Origin: a virus
Taxonomy: Duplodnaviria > Caudoviricetes
DNA: 36,725 bases
IMG/VR virus record: IMGVR_UViG_3300020045_013092
Location: 1-36,725 of that record
Direction: 5' to 3' (one strand)
In this document: positions 18,476 to 26,725 of the stretch, one piece after another
How positions within the stretch are numbered: position 1 is the stretch's first letter
How the letters are laid out: every line of letters begins with the position of its first letter
The notes under the pieces: model-generated
Seen by the model: the letters and a program-made list of their open reading frames with translations, nothing else
Told to the model about the DNA's origin: nothing
The model's database searches: none
Translations under genes and position numbers: made by a program

Positions 18476-20395
18476 ATGGCTTATGGAGATGATGGCTCGC
18501 CAATAGGTGAAGTCGCTTATTTCAGCAATGCTAATGGTTCTGCATATTTAGGAACTAGATGGCTTCTATGCAATGGAGCGACTCTTTCGCAAGTTACTTA
18601 CCCAGCTCTATTTCAAAGGATGGGGTTGATTAATTCAGGAGGAACAGTTTGGACAAGTCGAACTTCGGGAACTACTAGTACGATCAACTCATTAACCTTC
18701 GGATCTGTTTTTGTATATGGAACTAATACTGGTGGACTTGCCACTTCAACGGATGCTATTACATGGACGCAAAGAACGAGTGGAACATCTAGCAATATAA
18801 CTGCATTAACTTTTGGTAATTCACTATATGTTTATGCAGGATCTGGAGGGGTTCTTGCTACTTCGACAGATGCTATAACTTGGACGGCTCGCACTAGTAA
18901 TACTACATCTTTGATTAATGGTATAACTTATGGCACTGCGTATGTATATTGCACAGCTGGAGGGGGTTTAGCCTCTTCTACGGACGCGATAACATGGACT
19001 GTAAGAAATACTCCTACCATATCAAATCTAAATGCCATAGCTTTTGGAAATAGCAGATATGTAGCTGTAGGTCAATCAGGAACTATAGTGACTTCTACTG
19101 ATGGAACAACTTGGAATACAAAAACACCCAATATTGGATCAACTTCCCCCGGATCAAATGGATTATCCCCAGCTACTTTTGGAAATTCTCTTTATGTAGT
19201 GGTTAATCATAGTGGACAAATATCAACTTCAACCGATTCACTAACTTGGACTGCAAGAGCTAGTGGTACTACATCTTCGATATTTTCTGTAGTATATGGT
19301 ACTGCATATGTTTATGGGGGTAATGGTGGATTGATTGCTTCTTCCACCGATGCCATTACATGGACAGCTAGAACGAGCGGAACTACTAGTTCTATTAGAG
19401 CAGTCATGTTTGGAAATGCATTGCATGTATATGGAGGATTAGGAGGAACATTAGCGACAAGCATTGACGGAACTACCTGGACATCGCGCACGAGTGGCAC
19501 AGCTGCTCAAATTAATGCGATGATATATGGTACTGCATATGTTTATGGGGGAGCAAATGGACTTGTATCGTCGTCAACTGACGCGATAACATGGACTACA
19601 CGGACTAGCCAAACAACAAGCTCTATTTATTCATTAGCATTTGGAAATTCATTGCACGTTTATGCCGGTCATAATGGGGCCTTGGGAACAAGTACCGATG
19701 CAACAACATGGACGGCGAGAACTTCAGCCACCACAAGTTCTATTTATGGTCTTGCTTATGGAGCTGGGGTATATGTAGGAGTGGGATCTGGAGGAGTTAT
19801 TCAATCTTCAACCGACGCAATCACATGGACAGCAAAAAATAGCCCGACGATAAGCATATTTAATACATGCATTTTTAATAGCATATTTTATGCTTACACA
19901 AATAATGCCGTATATACATCAACAGATGGCACCACTTGGGTAAATAATGGTGGATTAACTACCACAGCTAACTTAAGCATGGTTGGATATGGAAATAATT
20001 TCGTATATGGTTCAATTTCAGGTGATTTAGCGACATCCACTGATGGACAATCCTGGACTACACGAGTAAGTGGAACAACAAGCTCTATATCGGGTTTTGC
20101 TTTTGCAAATGGAATCAATGTATTTGGTCTAAATACTGACTCAACAAAATTCACATCTACAGATTCAATAACTTGGTATCCACAACCTGGTCGAAGTAAT
20201 GTTGCGTCTCTTACTTCTGGAGGAAGTGTATTTGTGGCAGCAGACGGAGCAGGAGTTTTAGAAACCTCTAATTCATCCTATCCCTACAATCCTGCTACTC
20301 AATTCCAAATACCTACTGATGCCGCTGTGAATGGTCAGTTGACTGTAGAATATACTGGAAATTATCGTCGTGGATTGTATATAAGAGCACTATGA
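18476..20395 (+). CDS. Tail-collar-domain protein with 14 Asp-box-like propeller repeats
   Basis: PIGEVAYF...WLLCNGATLS...YPALF collar motif; 14 repeats of ~38-39 aa carrying STD(A/G)xTW. Confidence 0.75.
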   Translation: MAYGDDGSPIGEVAYFSNANGSAYLGTRWLLCNGATLSQVTYPALFQRMGLINSGGTVWTSRTSGTTSTINSLTFGSVFVYGTNTGGLATSTDAITWTQRTSGTSSNITALTFGNSLYVYAGSGGVLATSTDAITWTARTSNTTSLINGITYGTAYVYCTAGGGLASSTDAITWTVRNTPTISNLNAIAFGNSRYVAVGQSGTIVTSTDGTTWNTKTPNIGSTSPGSNGLSPATFGNSLYVVVNHSGQISTSTDSLTWTARASGTTSSIFSVVYGTAYVYGGNGGLIASSTDAITWTARTSGTTSSIRAVMFGNALHVYGGLGGTLATSIDGTTWTSRTSGTAAQINAMIYGTAYVYGGANGLVSSSTDAITWTTRTSQTTSSIYSLAFGNSLHVYAGHNGALGTSTDATTWTARTSATTSSIYGLAYGAGVYVGVGSGGVIQSSTDAITWTAKNSPTISIFNTCIFNSIFYAYTNNAVYTSTDGTTWVNNGGLTTTANLSMVGYGNNFVYGSISGDLATSTDGQSWTTRVSGTTSSISGFAFANGINVFGLNTDSTKFTSTDSITWYPQPGRSNVASLTSGGSVFVAADGAGVLETSNSSYPYNPATQFQIPTDAAVNGQLTVEYTGNYRRGLYIRAL

Positions 20396-21069
20396 CAAAA
20401 TTATTCATAGCCACACCAGCTTTTGATGGTAAAGTTAATGTATCCTATGCTTGCTCATTAGCAGAAACAAGACTTTATCTAGCTTCTCTTTCTATTCAGA
20501 CGGTTTTAAGAATTCACACTTCAGGATCTCTTTTGGTGAGAGAAAGAAACGACCTTATAAAGGCATTCTTAGAATCTGATTGCACTCATATCCTTTGTAT
20601 TGATTCTGACATAGCATGGAACCCCGTAGACGTGCAAAGAATGATCAACTTCGATGAAGACTTCGTTGCATCTCTATACCCTGCTAGAGGGCCTGAAAAA
20701 TGCTTTCTTTTCAGAGGAATATACGGTGAAAATAAAAGAATGGAAGTTTCTGAAAAGAAATTGCTTCAAATGGCGTATATTCCTGCTGGGTTTATGCTTC
20801 TGAAAAGAAATGTTCTTGAAAAAATGATAGAATTCTTTCCTGAGCTTTACTATGAACCTAAAGATGAAGGTTTAAAACATACGAAGGGATACTGTCTTTT
20901 TGATACTCAAGTGTGGGATGGAGAATTCTGGGGAGAAGATTACGTTTTTTGTCGAAGAGCTAGACAGGCAGGATTTAAAATATGGATAGATCCAACCATA
21001 GTTCTCGATCATGCTGGTATATCAGGCGCTTTTATTGAAGCACTTACCGACCAGTCTCCGGCAAATTAG
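20392..21069 (+). CDS. GT-A fold glycosyltransferase
   Basis: LFIATP, RN.LIKAFL, THILCIDSD (DxD), GFMLLKR.V, GEDYVFC.R...G.KIWIDP....H.G. Confidence 0.85.
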   Translation: MTKLFIATPAFDGKVNVSYACSLAETRLYLASLSIQTVLRIHTSGSLLVRERNDLIKAFLESDCTHILCIDSDIAWNPVDVQRMINFDEDFVASLYPARGPEKCFLFRGIYGENKRMEVSEKKLLQMAYIPAGFMLLKRNVLEKMIEFFPELYYEPKDEGLKHTKGYCLFDTQVWDGEFWGEDYVFCRRARQAGFKIWIDPTIVLDHAGISGAFIEALTDQSPAN

Positions 21070-21250
21070 ACTTATATTTTTTTTTGATAACAATCAAATT
21101 TTCCAGTCTATTGTCAATGGGATTTCCATTGATATGATATACATGCTCGTCTTCATTTAGAGATCTGCCTAAATATTGTTCCATTAGATGTCTATGGACT
21201 CTCTTTTTCTCACCTTGCAAGGTCTTGTATGGGTATTTGTTATCGCTCAT
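21044..21250 (-). CDS. Minimal HNH endonuclease
   Basis: HRHLMEQYLGR.L...EHVYHINGNPIDNRLENL. Confidence 0.75.
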   Translation of the reverse strand: MSDNKYPYKTLQGEKKRVHRHLMEQYLGRSLNEDEHVYHINGNPIDNRLENLIVIKKKYKSNLPETGR

Positions 21251-21341
21251 GTAAAACTCAAAATATTATTTCACAAAAAAACCAGAGTTGTTAAGTTTAT
21301 TTTAACATGAAACACGTCTAAAAAAAAGGAAATGTGTGCAG

Positions 21342-21491
21342 ATGCCACTGAAAAAGGGAAAAAGTAAAAAAGACATCAGTTCTAACATAAGAACAGAAAT
21401 TCATGAAGGCGTTCCTAAAAAACAAGCAGTAGCAATTGCTTTAAATACCGCACGTAGATCAGGTGCAAAAATACCAAAAAAAGGAAAATAA
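21342..21491 (+). CDS. Small basic phage protein (49 aa, not in ORF track)
   Basis: MPLKKGKSKKDISSNIRTEIHEGVPKKQAVAIALNTARRSG; resembles a small ORF type commonly seen in phages. Confidence 0.75.
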   Translation: MPLKKGKSKKDISSNIRTEIHEGVPKKQAVAIALNTARRSGAKIPKKGK

Positions 21492-21492
21492 A

Positions 21493-21600
21493 ATGGCTCA
21501 TAAGAAAAAAGAACATATGAAAAAAGATGTTAAAATGGAAAAAGAAGTAGAAAAAAAAGTTGTAATGCCAATGAAGAAGGCTAAAGACAAGAAGAAATGA
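21493..21600 (+). CDS. Lys/Met-rich peptide (35 aa, not in ORF track)
   Basis: MAHKKKEHMKKDVKMEKEVEKKVVMPMKKAKDKKK; AAGGA RBS; ATGA-coupled to the next gene. Confidence 0.55.
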   Translation: MAHKKKEHMKKDVKMEKEVEKKVVMPMKKAKDKKK

Positions 21601-21836
21601 TTCAAGATGGATGGGGGTACGGAAGGTCTAGTTTTTGGGAATATAACGCTAAGATTATTATAAGAGATCAAAAGGAAGAATGTGATCATTTAAGCGAAAT
21701 ATTTGTTAATATCATGTATGATGCTAAGCTGGAAAATAATATTAATTTTGATGTTAGATGTGATAAATGTCATGCGGAATTTACAAAAACTAGAGATATT
21801 CTGACTAAAAAATTTCTTCAGTTTTATGGCAAATAA
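21597..21836 (+). CDS. Hypothetical protein with CxH/CxxC
   Basis: Last rightward ORF before the convergent terminator. Confidence 0.55.
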   Translation: MIQDGWGYGRSSFWEYNAKIIIRDQKEECDHLSEIFVNIMYDAKLENNINFDVRCDKCHAEFTKTRDILTKKFLQFYGK

Positions 21837-21869
21837 ATGAGTCGGTTACAAATCGTAACCGACTCATTT
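21835..21869. terminator. Perfect 15-bp hairpin, likely bidirectional terminator
   Basis: AAATGAGTCGGTTAC-AAATC-GTAACCGACTCATTT at the convergence of the late and early operons. Confidence 0.75.
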
Positions 21870-22007
21870 CTGATTTACGTACAGTAACCGACTTTAAATA
21901 TTCATAACACATAAATGAATATTCTTTTACGGCCAAGTGAACCGATATTTTGTGAACGAAATAAGATATAATTTAGTGTGAATAATTATGCAATAAGAAA
22001 ATTAAAT

Positions 22008-22166
22008 TTATTCCTTAATCCACTTGAATATTCTTTTAAAGATGTTATCTGGATTATGATGTTTTGGTATTTTAATAAATTCAGCATTAGATTTTTTTAC
22101 ACTGGATTTTGCTTTTTGGTCTTTATATTCATATGTAGGACGTCTATGATTTGATTGTGGGATCAT
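22008..22166 (-). CDS. Hypothetical (52 aa, not in ORF track)
   Basis: MIPQSNHRRPTYEY...IFKWIKE, overlapping the upstream gene end. Confidence 0.4.
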   Translation of the reverse strand: MIPQSNHRRPTYEYKDQKAKSSVKKSNAEFIKIPKHHNPDNIFKRIFKWIKE

Positions 22167-22347
22167 TTTTCAATACCGTTTTAAAAGTTTTTGGGTCGTA
22201 GTGTGTTACATAGAAATTTTTATCTGGAGGTGTATGTATGCTTAATATTTCTTTAGTTAAAGGATCAGATTTACCCATCAGGACTTCTTTATCATTCCAT
22301 ATGATGAATGATCCCATAGGAAAGCGCATTCCGTTGTATTCAGTCAT
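22144..22347 (-). CDS. Hypothetical protein
   Basis: ATGA-coupled within the leftward operon. Confidence 0.55.
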   Translation of the reverse strand: MTEYNGMRFPMGSFIIWNDKEVLMGKSDPLTKEILSIHTPPDKNFYVTHYDPKTFKTVLKNDPTIKS

Positions 22348-22505
22348 TTGGATTCCAACTTTTCAATTCTTTCTTTTAATTTTTTTATTTCATCCCATAA
22401 TTGTTCAATATGTCTATCCAAAGGCCCATCAAGTTTTGTTATTTCATTAAATTTTCTCGGTAAAAAATTAGGAGTTACATCATAAGGATGTACATGTTTT
22501 CTCAT
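22344..22505 (-). CDS. Hypothetical (53 aa, not in ORF track)
   Basis: MRKHVHPY...LKERIEKLESK; ATGA-coupled at both ends. Confidence 0.6.
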   Translation of the reverse strand: MRKHVHPYDVTPNFLPRKFNEITKLDGPLDRHIEQLWDEIKKLKERIEKLESK

Positions 22506-22747
22506 TTTGATTCCAAATATTCAAGTCGTTCATTCATAGACTGTATAAGACTCAAAGCGTCGGAATATTGTCTGTTGAGCTGTTCGTTTTGAGCGTACAA
22601 CTCAAAAAGCATCTTAGACATGTCGCCCATTCGACCAAATAGGCTCTTTTGAATTTTACGAAGAGATTCCTTTTGAGCTGCCACTTGTGCTTTAAGTTCG
22701 GAGATTGAAGGGTCTTCGAAGATATCGTATTGGGTTGCTAATACCAT
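22502..22747 (-). CDS. Coiled-coil hypothetical protein
   Basis: Likely start MVLATQYDIF immediately after the upstream stop. Confidence 0.6.
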   Translation of the reverse strand: MVLATQYDIFEDPSISELKAQVAAQKESLRKIQKSLFGRMGDMSKMLFELYAQNEQLNRQYSDALSLIQSMNERLEYLESK

Positions 22748-22751
22748 TATT

Positions 22752-22979
22752 CTAATTTTCCATATCTTTTTTTTGCTGTCTTTCACACAGTCTTGAAAAT
22801 TCACTCTCTCCAAGTTTATACTCTATGCTTCCAGTAAGAAGAAGTTCAAAAAACTTATCTATTGACTCATGTGCTGTTTTAAATGAAACTCTTTTGCCAT
22901 CCTCTTCATCCAATTCTTTGATGATAAGATCTAAAATCCAATGTTTTAAATGTCCGTATTTGTCATTTTCCCATTTCAT
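22752..22979 (-). CDS. Hypothetical protein
   Basis: Start MKWEND with GAGG RBS directly after the phosphatase stop. Confidence 0.55.
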   Translation of the reverse strand: MKWENDKYGHLKHWILDLIIKELDEEDGKRVSFKTAHESIDKFFELLLTGSIEYKLGESEFSRLCERQQKKDMEN

Positions 22980-22980
22980 C

Positions 22981-23568
22981 TTAAAATTCCTCATCAGTCT
23001 GGCAGCAATTGAAAACAAATATTCCTCTTCGACGCCACATTCGAATCACTTTTGGTCTGTCATCAAAAACAAAATCAATTTTCTTTCCTTGGGATAAAGT
23101 TTCATCTAACCATTTTTCTTTAAGAACATCATCAGGAGTATAATCACCAATTGGACGCATTTTTAAAGAATTGTAACCTCCAAAACAATACAAAAGATTA
23201 ATGGAAATGTGTTTTTCTAACCATTCTTCTGTTTTTTCTCTTACGGATTCACAACGACCTGACCAAATTTGAACCCTTCTCTCTTCTTTTATGAATTTTT
23301 TTAATAATTCAATTACAGGATCAATAGGTTTATCTATATCACAAGATTCATAAAATGATTTCCAATCAGGTTCCCATCTTTTATTAGTTTTATGATAGAA
23401 AAAACCACGCTTTCCATTTGCATATTTATGAAAATATTCTGCATTTAAATCGGGTGAATATAATGAAAGTGCATAATCTTCTCCGCCAGGTCTAGGAAAC
23501 ACTGGATCGACCAAATGACGACGATGCTGGCAATCCGCAAGAGTTCCATCTAAATCAAATATGATCAT
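22981..23568 (-). CDS. HAD phosphatase resembling the T4 polynucleotide kinase 3'-phosphatase domain
   Basis: IFDLDGTLAD, SGR...T..WL, LKMR..GD..PD...K, FDDRP.V..MWR..G. Confidence 0.85.
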   Translation of the reverse strand: MIIFDLDGTLADCQHRRHLVDPVFPRPGGEDYALSLYSPDLNAEYFHKYANGKRGFFYHKTNKRWEPDWKSFYESCDIDKPIDPVIELLKKFIKEERRVQIWSGRCESVREKTEEWLEKHISINLLYCFGGYNSLKMRPIGDYTPDDVLKEKWLDETLSQGKKIDFVFDDRPKVIRMWRRRGIFVFNCCQTDEEF

Positions 23569-23795
23569 GAATCTTTTTCATCCTTAGGTGAGTTAGGTAA
23601 GGGCATCCAATGAGTTATGTCGCCTCGATCGTCTATTTCGTTAGATAAAAAATATTCTTCAGTCTTAGTTTTCCATCTACAACCTACTGAAATTCTACCA
23701 TTAAAAACTAATACATTTTCACTACATGGATTTTTATTAAATCCTATTTCTATCATTTCAGGTAATTTATCTTTTACACTAATCCACTGCATCAT
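23565..23795 (-). CDS. DUF551-like phage protein
   Basis: WISVKDKLP...VLV...ITHWMPLP; AGGAG RBS before ATG 23795. Confidence 0.85.
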   Translation of the reverse strand: MMQWISVKDKLPEMIEIGFNKNPCSENVLVFNGRISVGCRWKTKTEEYFLSNEIDDRGDITHWMPLPNSPKDEKDS

Positions 23796-23949
23796 TCGAC
23801 TCCTCAACATCTTCACTCAAAAAAATAGGCATAAGAACAATAGAAATTTCCTTCCCTTTTTTTTCAATGTGTCTAATTTGGTAGCCAGCATCTTTGAATT
23901 TTTTTACTTTAGTCTGCATGTATTCGAATTCTTCATTAGTTATTTTCAT
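23779..23949 (-). CDS. Hypothetical (56 aa, not in ORF track)
   Basis: MKITNEEFEY...EESNDAVD; AGGAG RBS. Confidence 0.55.
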   Translation of the reverse strand: MKITNEEFEYMQTKVKKFKDAGYQIRHIEKKGKEISIVLMPIFLSEDVEESNDAVD

Positions 23950-24109
23950 TCGACTCCTTTATTTCCTCATACATTTCCGGATACATTTTTTGTAATTCTA
24001 TATGTCTTTCTTTATATGAAGTTGGATACATAGATTCAAATTCAGAATACCACTGCTTCCATAATTCATATGAATACTCTGATCTATCTTTAATTTTATA
24101 TATAATCAT
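23936..24109 (-). CDS. Hypothetical (57 aa, not in ORF track)
   Basis: MIIYKIKDRSEY...KESNENN; overlaps the YqaJ stop. Confidence 0.5.
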   Translation of the reverse strand: MIIYKIKDRSEYSYELWKQWYSEFESMYPTSYKERHIELQKMYPEMYEEIKESNENN

Positions 24110-24962
24110 CTGAGGTTTCCTTTACCTTCCAAAAACTGGTGCTAGGCTTCCTGTGTTTTTCAAGATCCATTTGTTTCACTTCTGGTATATTTGAATAAGG
24201 TATAGTACCTTTTCTTTCAATTTTTTGCAATATAATTCCATTTCCTTTTGAGTTTTCTTCTCCGCATAATTCGATCATTTTCTTTTTTATATCTTCCTTT
24301 CCATCCCTAGCTTCTTGTTCTTGCTGATCCAGTTTCAGATAAACATCAGATAGAAATTTCCATTGTTGAGAATTCATCACTTTATATTGCTTAGGATTCT
24401 CAGGCGGAACTCCTGTTAGCATGTGATCGAAGTAAAAACTCTCTTCTTTTTTAAGCATTTCCTCAATGAAACACTCATCGCGCTTGATTACCTCAATGTA
24501 AAGCGGATTTACAACGTTCTGCGGCCTATAGCTGCAATAATATATGTGATCCAATTCTGCTACGTACATTTGATGTTGCATTTGCGCTATGTAGTACTTG
24601 GGTATTTCCCCATGCATAGATTGAAGGTGAAGCTTTTCCCCGCCACATTTGATTTCAACAGCACATTTCCCATCAATTTCGTAACCGTCTAAAGAAGCCA
24701 TTAAAAAGCTCTTCTGATTGCTTATTATCACTTTAGGCGACATTAGATATCCTGTTTCCTTTTCGAAGGATATAAGGGCCTCGGATTCTAAATCTATACC
24801 CCTTTGCATAGCTTCATTGACTTCTTGAACGTAATCCGGCTGTTTGCTTAACCATACGTCATATGAATTCTTCCAAGGACTAAGACCCATTAAAGCGGGG
24901 CAGTCGCTAGCCCCTATCTTTGTTCTTCTCAATTCGTACCATTCATGCGATCTTTGTTCCAT
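24096..24962 (-). CDS. YqaJ/lambda-exo family recombination exonuclease
   Basis: QRS.EW...R...IGASD...LMG.SPWK, RG..LE, ASLDG, EIKC, YIAQMQHQM. Confidence 0.92.
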   Translation of the reverse strand: MEQRSHEWYELRRTKIGASDCPALMGLSPWKNSYDVWLSKQPDYVQEVNEAMQRGIDLESEALISFEKETGYLMSPKVIISNQKSFLMASLDGYEIDGKCAVEIKCGGEKLHLQSMHGEIPKYYIAQMQHQMYVAELDHIYYCSYRPQNVVNPLYIEVIKRDECFIEEMLKKEESFYFDHMLTGVPPENPKQYKVMNSQQWKFLSDVYLKLDQQEQEARDGKEDIKKKMIELCGEENSKGNGIILQKIERKGTIPYSNIPEVKQMDLEKHRKPSTSFWKVKETSDDYI

Positions 24963-25139
24963 CTACTCCCCCTTATCTTCCAAATACGGTGTTATTATCG
25001 GGTCATGAATTCCATGATCTTTAATAATTTCAGGAATAAAATCTTTATTTCTACATAATATCCTTCCGATTGGGTATCCATCTTTATGATACCCGCTTTT
25101 ACTTTCTACGACCAACCAGTCTTTCATTTCATGATCCAT
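24963..25139 (-). CDS. Hypothetical (58 aa, not in ORF track)
   Basis: MDHEMKDWLVVES...EDKGE; TAGATG-coupled to YqaJ. Confidence 0.5.
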   Translation of the reverse strand: MDHEMKDWLVVESKSGYHKDGYPIGRILCRNKDFIPEIIKDHGIHDPIITPYLEDKGE

Positions 25140-25149
25140 ATATTTCCCC

Positions 25150-25245
25150 TTACCTATTATTTCCTGTGTTTACTGCGATTATAAAAAGAAGACCCATTAT
25201 TGCCCCCAATAGCAAATAAATGCATAATGGTAATTGTATTAACAT
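25150..25245 (-). CDS. Small single-pass membrane peptide (31 aa)
   Basis: MLIQLPLCIYLLLGAIMGLLFIIAVNTGNNR; GGAGG RBS; TAGATG coupling. Confidence 0.5.
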   Translation of the reverse strand: MLIQLPLCIYLLLGAIMGLLFIIAVNTGNNR

Positions 25246-25596
25246 CTATTTTATGCCTCCTATTTTTTTATCTCCACACCATGGACAAAATTTAATTGGA
25301 TCTCTTATTATTCCTATTTCATAATGTTTTTTAAAATATGAATATTTTATTGCTGATCCATAACCTTCGTTATCTGTTTCTGTTTTTATAGCTTCCTTAA
25401 AGTTTTCACAGCATATCATGTATTCACCCTTCCCCATTTGATCCATTAAATATTGTTGATGCTCATCGCTCTTAGTCTTTAAGCTTTTTATATTTCTTTC
25501 ATTGTCATAGGCTTGTTGAAGAATGCACCAATCAAACATAGTAAATCCATATTTACCTAATAATTCACTTACAAAAGTTCTGAGATCACAATCCAT
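25246..25596 (-). CDS. Hypothetical, probably a fusion of two small genes; C-terminal FCPWCG Zn motif
   Basis: Internal RBS-like GGGTGA before MICC; contains a copy of the RecT tail. Confidence 0.6.
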   Translation of the reverse strand: MDCDLRTFVSELLGKYGFTMFDWCILQQAYDNERNIKSLKTKSDEHQQYLMDQMGKGEYMICCENFKEAIKTETDNEGYGSAIKYSYFKKHYEIGIIRDPIKFCPWCGDKKIGGIK

Positions 25597-26432
25597 CAGT
25601 TTTCCTTTTCCTCTTGAACGACTTCAACGCCGAGCTGGTTCATTAAATACTCCTGATGCTCATCAGCCTTATCTTTTAGCCATTTCTTAGTCGCCTCAAA
25701 ACACTCCAGGGGTAAGTCATCAAAAGATTTAATCTTCTTAGTTTCAAGTCGATTATTCATTTTTTCTTGTGACTCTTTAGAGCTATGATCGAATAGGATT
25801 TTAAGTTCACGTGCTTGCTGTTCACTTATAATTTCCTTGTCAAGCGGCTTTACAGGCTCAGAAGCGTGTTGTTCAAATGCAACAGGGAGTGTGTCGATTA
25901 TCTGTCCATCTTCTGGAAGCTCTCCAATTGCATATGCATTCATAATTGCATCCGGCATAAACTTTCTAGCTCCTCCACTTAAACAACGATTAAAAAGCAT
26001 ATCCCTAGGATTAGTTTTCCAGTTTGTTTTTCCAGTTAGGTTAGCGTCTTTTGCCATATCGATTGTAAAAGAGTAGACAAGAGAATTTCTATCTTTTGGC
26101 CTATCTTTCCTGGTAAAACGCAAAGTGCATTCTTTGTTATCTAATTTGATTACCTCGACCATATGACCCGCATTGACTATCATCATATTCATTAGCTGCG
26201 CCGAAAGGCTTACAGCCCCTGAAAACGTGTACATTCCTCCATTTAGGCAAGCCATAGGAGGAAGTCCCATTTCTTTGGCTGTTAGAATGATGGCTAGGAT
26301 TCCACCTTTTCCTAATTTCTGATAGTAGGGACATGTTGCAAGAACTCCTGCAAGTTCCATAAATTGTCCTATTTCCTGCATAGGAGTGTGTTTTGATATT
26401 TCATTTTGTTGTTTTTGTAGCGCTAGAGTCAT
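25596..26432 (-). CDS. recT: RecT/Bet-like single-strand annealing protein
   Basis: AKEMGLPPM..L..MY..SG...LSA.LM, W...PRDML..RC....AR..MPD; located near YqaJ. Confidence 0.75.
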   Translation of the reverse strand: MTLALQKQQNEISKHTPMQEIGQFMELAGVLATCPYYQKLGKGGILAIILTAKEMGLPPMACLNGGMYTFSGAVSLSAQLMNMMIVNAGHMVEVIKLDNKECTLRFTRKDRPKDRNSLVYSFTIDMAKDANLTGKTNWKTNPRDMLFNRCLSGGARKFMPDAIMNAYAIGELPEDGQIIDTLPVAFEQHASEPVKPLDKEIISEQQARELKILFDHSSKESQEKMNNRLETKKIKSFDDLPLECFEATKKWLKDKADEHQEYLMNQLGVEVVQEEKEN

Positions 26433-26516
26433 TTTAAATTCCTTTTTTCTTGATTAAATATTTTTGTGAACATATAAGTAGGCTGTCATAGACAGTCTCA
26501 CTTTAGGTTTGTGTCT

Positions 26517-26545
26517 CCCCTAGAATAGTTCTAGGGGGGTTTTAT
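26517..26545 (+). terminator. Hairpin with U-tract on the + strand
   Basis: CCCCTAGAA-TAG-TTCTAGGGG followed by GGTTTTATT. Confidence 0.55.
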
Positions 26546-26548
26546 TCT

Positions 26549-26725
26549 TTACCAGTAATATGAGTCTCTCATCATTTTCTCATATGCTTCTCTACTTCTC
26601 TCATCTTCTTGTAGGTCTTCTATCTCGTAAATAGTTAGACCTTCATATCTTTCATCGTAGTCTTCATCATGGTGAATGGACTTATCGTAGCAATTCTCTA
26701 ACTCTTCATATGCATAAAAACTCAT
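26549..26725 (-). CDS. Highly acidic Tyr-rich mini-protein (58 aa, not in ORF track)
   Basis: MSFYAYEELENCYDKSIHHDEDYDERYEGLTIYEIEDLQEDERSREAYEKMMRDSYYW; ATGA-coupled; AGGTG RBS. Confidence 0.65.
   Translation of the reverse strand: MSFYAYEELENCYDKSIHHDEDYDERYEGLTIYEIEDLQEDERSREAYEKMMRDSYYW

Noticed and set aside
18640-20200. CRISPR array or DGR template/variable repeats
   Set aside because: The repeats are in-frame protein repeats with synonymous divergence; there are no spacers, no adenine-specific pattern and no reverse transcriptase.
23617-24033. 138-aa + strand ORF and other antisense or shadow ORFs (e.g. 1679-2050, 9338-9718, 17171-17545, 24423-24692, 28061-28321)
   Set aside because: They overlap well-supported genes on the opposite strand or frame and show no recognisable motifs.
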